A DNA stretch of 61,272 bases, filler included, from Sphacelaria rigidula (Eukaryota), in the NCBI GenBank assembly GCA_964200075.2. It is 10 parts of 10 records of this genome, joined end to end, with 100 filler letters (N's around TTAATTAATTAA, not from the genome) between each part and the next. Parts side by side here need not be neighbours in the genome. Positions count along the whole stretch, not along the records: positions 55,237 to 61,272 come from CAXNAA020022647.1; 9 more parts are not named here. One strand, written 5' to 3'. Both the position numbers and the translations under genes were made by a program. The stretch's first letter is position 1, and each line of letters starts with the position of its first letter. Below are positions 60,136 through 61,272 of the stretch, in pieces. The notes under the pieces were generated by a model. It had not been told where the DNA came from. It saw only the letters and a list, made by a program, of their open reading frames with translations, and ran no database searches.

Positions 60136-61130
60136 ATGCTACACGCGTCTACAGGACCAACCAGGCCTGATAGCCTTTCTGGCATAAAGATCCAGACGTA
60201 CACACGCGTTGCATACATATTTTTGTACGGACCAAACGGATGTACAAGGAAATCATGCTCAAGCCCAGAGCAAGTGCATGGTCCAGGATCCCTATGCGAA
60301 CCAGATCCGGGAAGGGTAGGAATCAGGAGGACCGCCCCAAACCCCACGACAAGCCCCCGTATACAACGAGAGAAAGATTTCGTTCCAGGACATCTTGGCA
60401 CGGCAGTCCCGTTCTGGAAAGATGTTATTCTGAAGGACAACATGCAAACCGTCTTGTTATTGTCGTGGATTAACGGTGTAGACATACACACATTCGTCGA
60501 CAAACCAACAACCGGACATTTCCAAGGACGTCCCTTTCACGGCGCCGACCTGATGGGTGTGGAGTTACCCAACTACGTGAATCCAGAACACGAACTGTTT
60601 GTCGACTGCGAGATCAGAAATCTTGTCGACAAAGGCTGCGCGGTGCGATGGGCGGAGATAGCAGACGTTCACGCGCAACCCAAGCCACGCATGTCCCTCC
60701 CGCGCGGAGTAAAACCGTCGAAACTACGCCTAATATGGGACAGCCGTTGGCTGAACCTCATGTGCAAGGATATACCGTTCAAGATGGACGGAGTAGGAAA
60801 GGTGGCTCAATGCTCGTGGCAAGGTGCTTACCAGGTCAGAAGCAGACAGTCTTTCAAGACCAGGAGCCAACGAACACGTGCGGCTGAAAGCAGAGTATTT
60901 TGACCTGTTATGGTTCGAGTGGGGCGGCTTCGACATGAACCTGATGGCAACCGCAGCATCAGCCCAGAAGATTCCAATGAATGCACCGGGTGGAGGAAAA
61001 GCTATGCCCTTTTACTCGAGATACCATACGGAAGGATCACACGAAGTAGACGTTCTCAGCTATGACGTTAGCCGCTCATCATGTCGAACGCAGAAATGCT
61101 TCGGGTTTTGTTCCTCCCCCCCGGTGATGC
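60136..61130 (+). pseudogene. DIRS-like pol remnant: RT N-half joined by deletion to the RNase H end and an MTase-like domain
   Basis: FVDCEIRNLVDKG...KLRLIWDSRWLNLMCKDIPFKMD, then a jump at ~60837 to EADSLSR...FDLLWFEWGGFDMNLMAT...FYSRY...VDVL...FGFCSSPP. Confidence 0.85.
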
Positions 61131-61195
61131 TGCTCCGTCTCGAAAGGGATGCGTGGTCAATGGTCAAATGACTAAGGCAAGCAACAAATGAGTAC
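61131..61195 (+). mobile_element. Short LINE 3' fragment
   Basis: tgctccgtctcgaaagggatgcgtggtcaatggtcaaatgactaaggcaagcaacaaatgagtac, about 8 bp downstream of a C7 run. Confidence 0.9.
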
Positions 61196-61272
61196 ACCAG
61201 GCGCCACGAAATAGACACGTACAGCAGGAGCAGACGGCACGGGCGAGAATGGAGAGGGCGGCGGCGGGAAAC

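Noticed and set aside
47943..61130. YR gene plus DIRS gag/RT as one complete element
   Set aside because: They are on different contigs, and nothing in the sequence links them.

Overview
Eukaryotic, transposon-dominated sequence, most likely from a brown alga or other stramenopile (inferred from spliced genes, TTAGGG-type repeats and the TE families). The window is not one locus. It is ten size-sorted contigs (6038, 6038, 6038, six of 6037, and 6036 bp) joined by identical 100-bp N44-TTAATTAATTAA-N44 spacers, so adjacency across a spacer carries no biological meaning. Host gene fragments: 3' exons of a MARCH6/Doa10-like E3 ligase, 3' exons of ORMDL, two exons of a probable parallel beta-helix protein resembling phaeovirus-related brown algal families, and 5' exons of a secreted protein. 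Mobile DNA: two decayed Ty3/Gypsy elements, a DIRS-like gag/RT/MTase-like remnant, a tyrosine-recombinase retroelement end, many LINE fragments, a solo LTR, a deleted DD39D-type mariner and several MITE families. The most notable patterns are (1) a LINE family whose 3' end joins C-runs instead of a poly(A) tail, with a clean 13-bp TSD starting CCCC, and (2) unrelated MITE families that carry internal telomere-like (CCCTAA)n tracts. Family assignments come from motif recognition by eye, not database searches.
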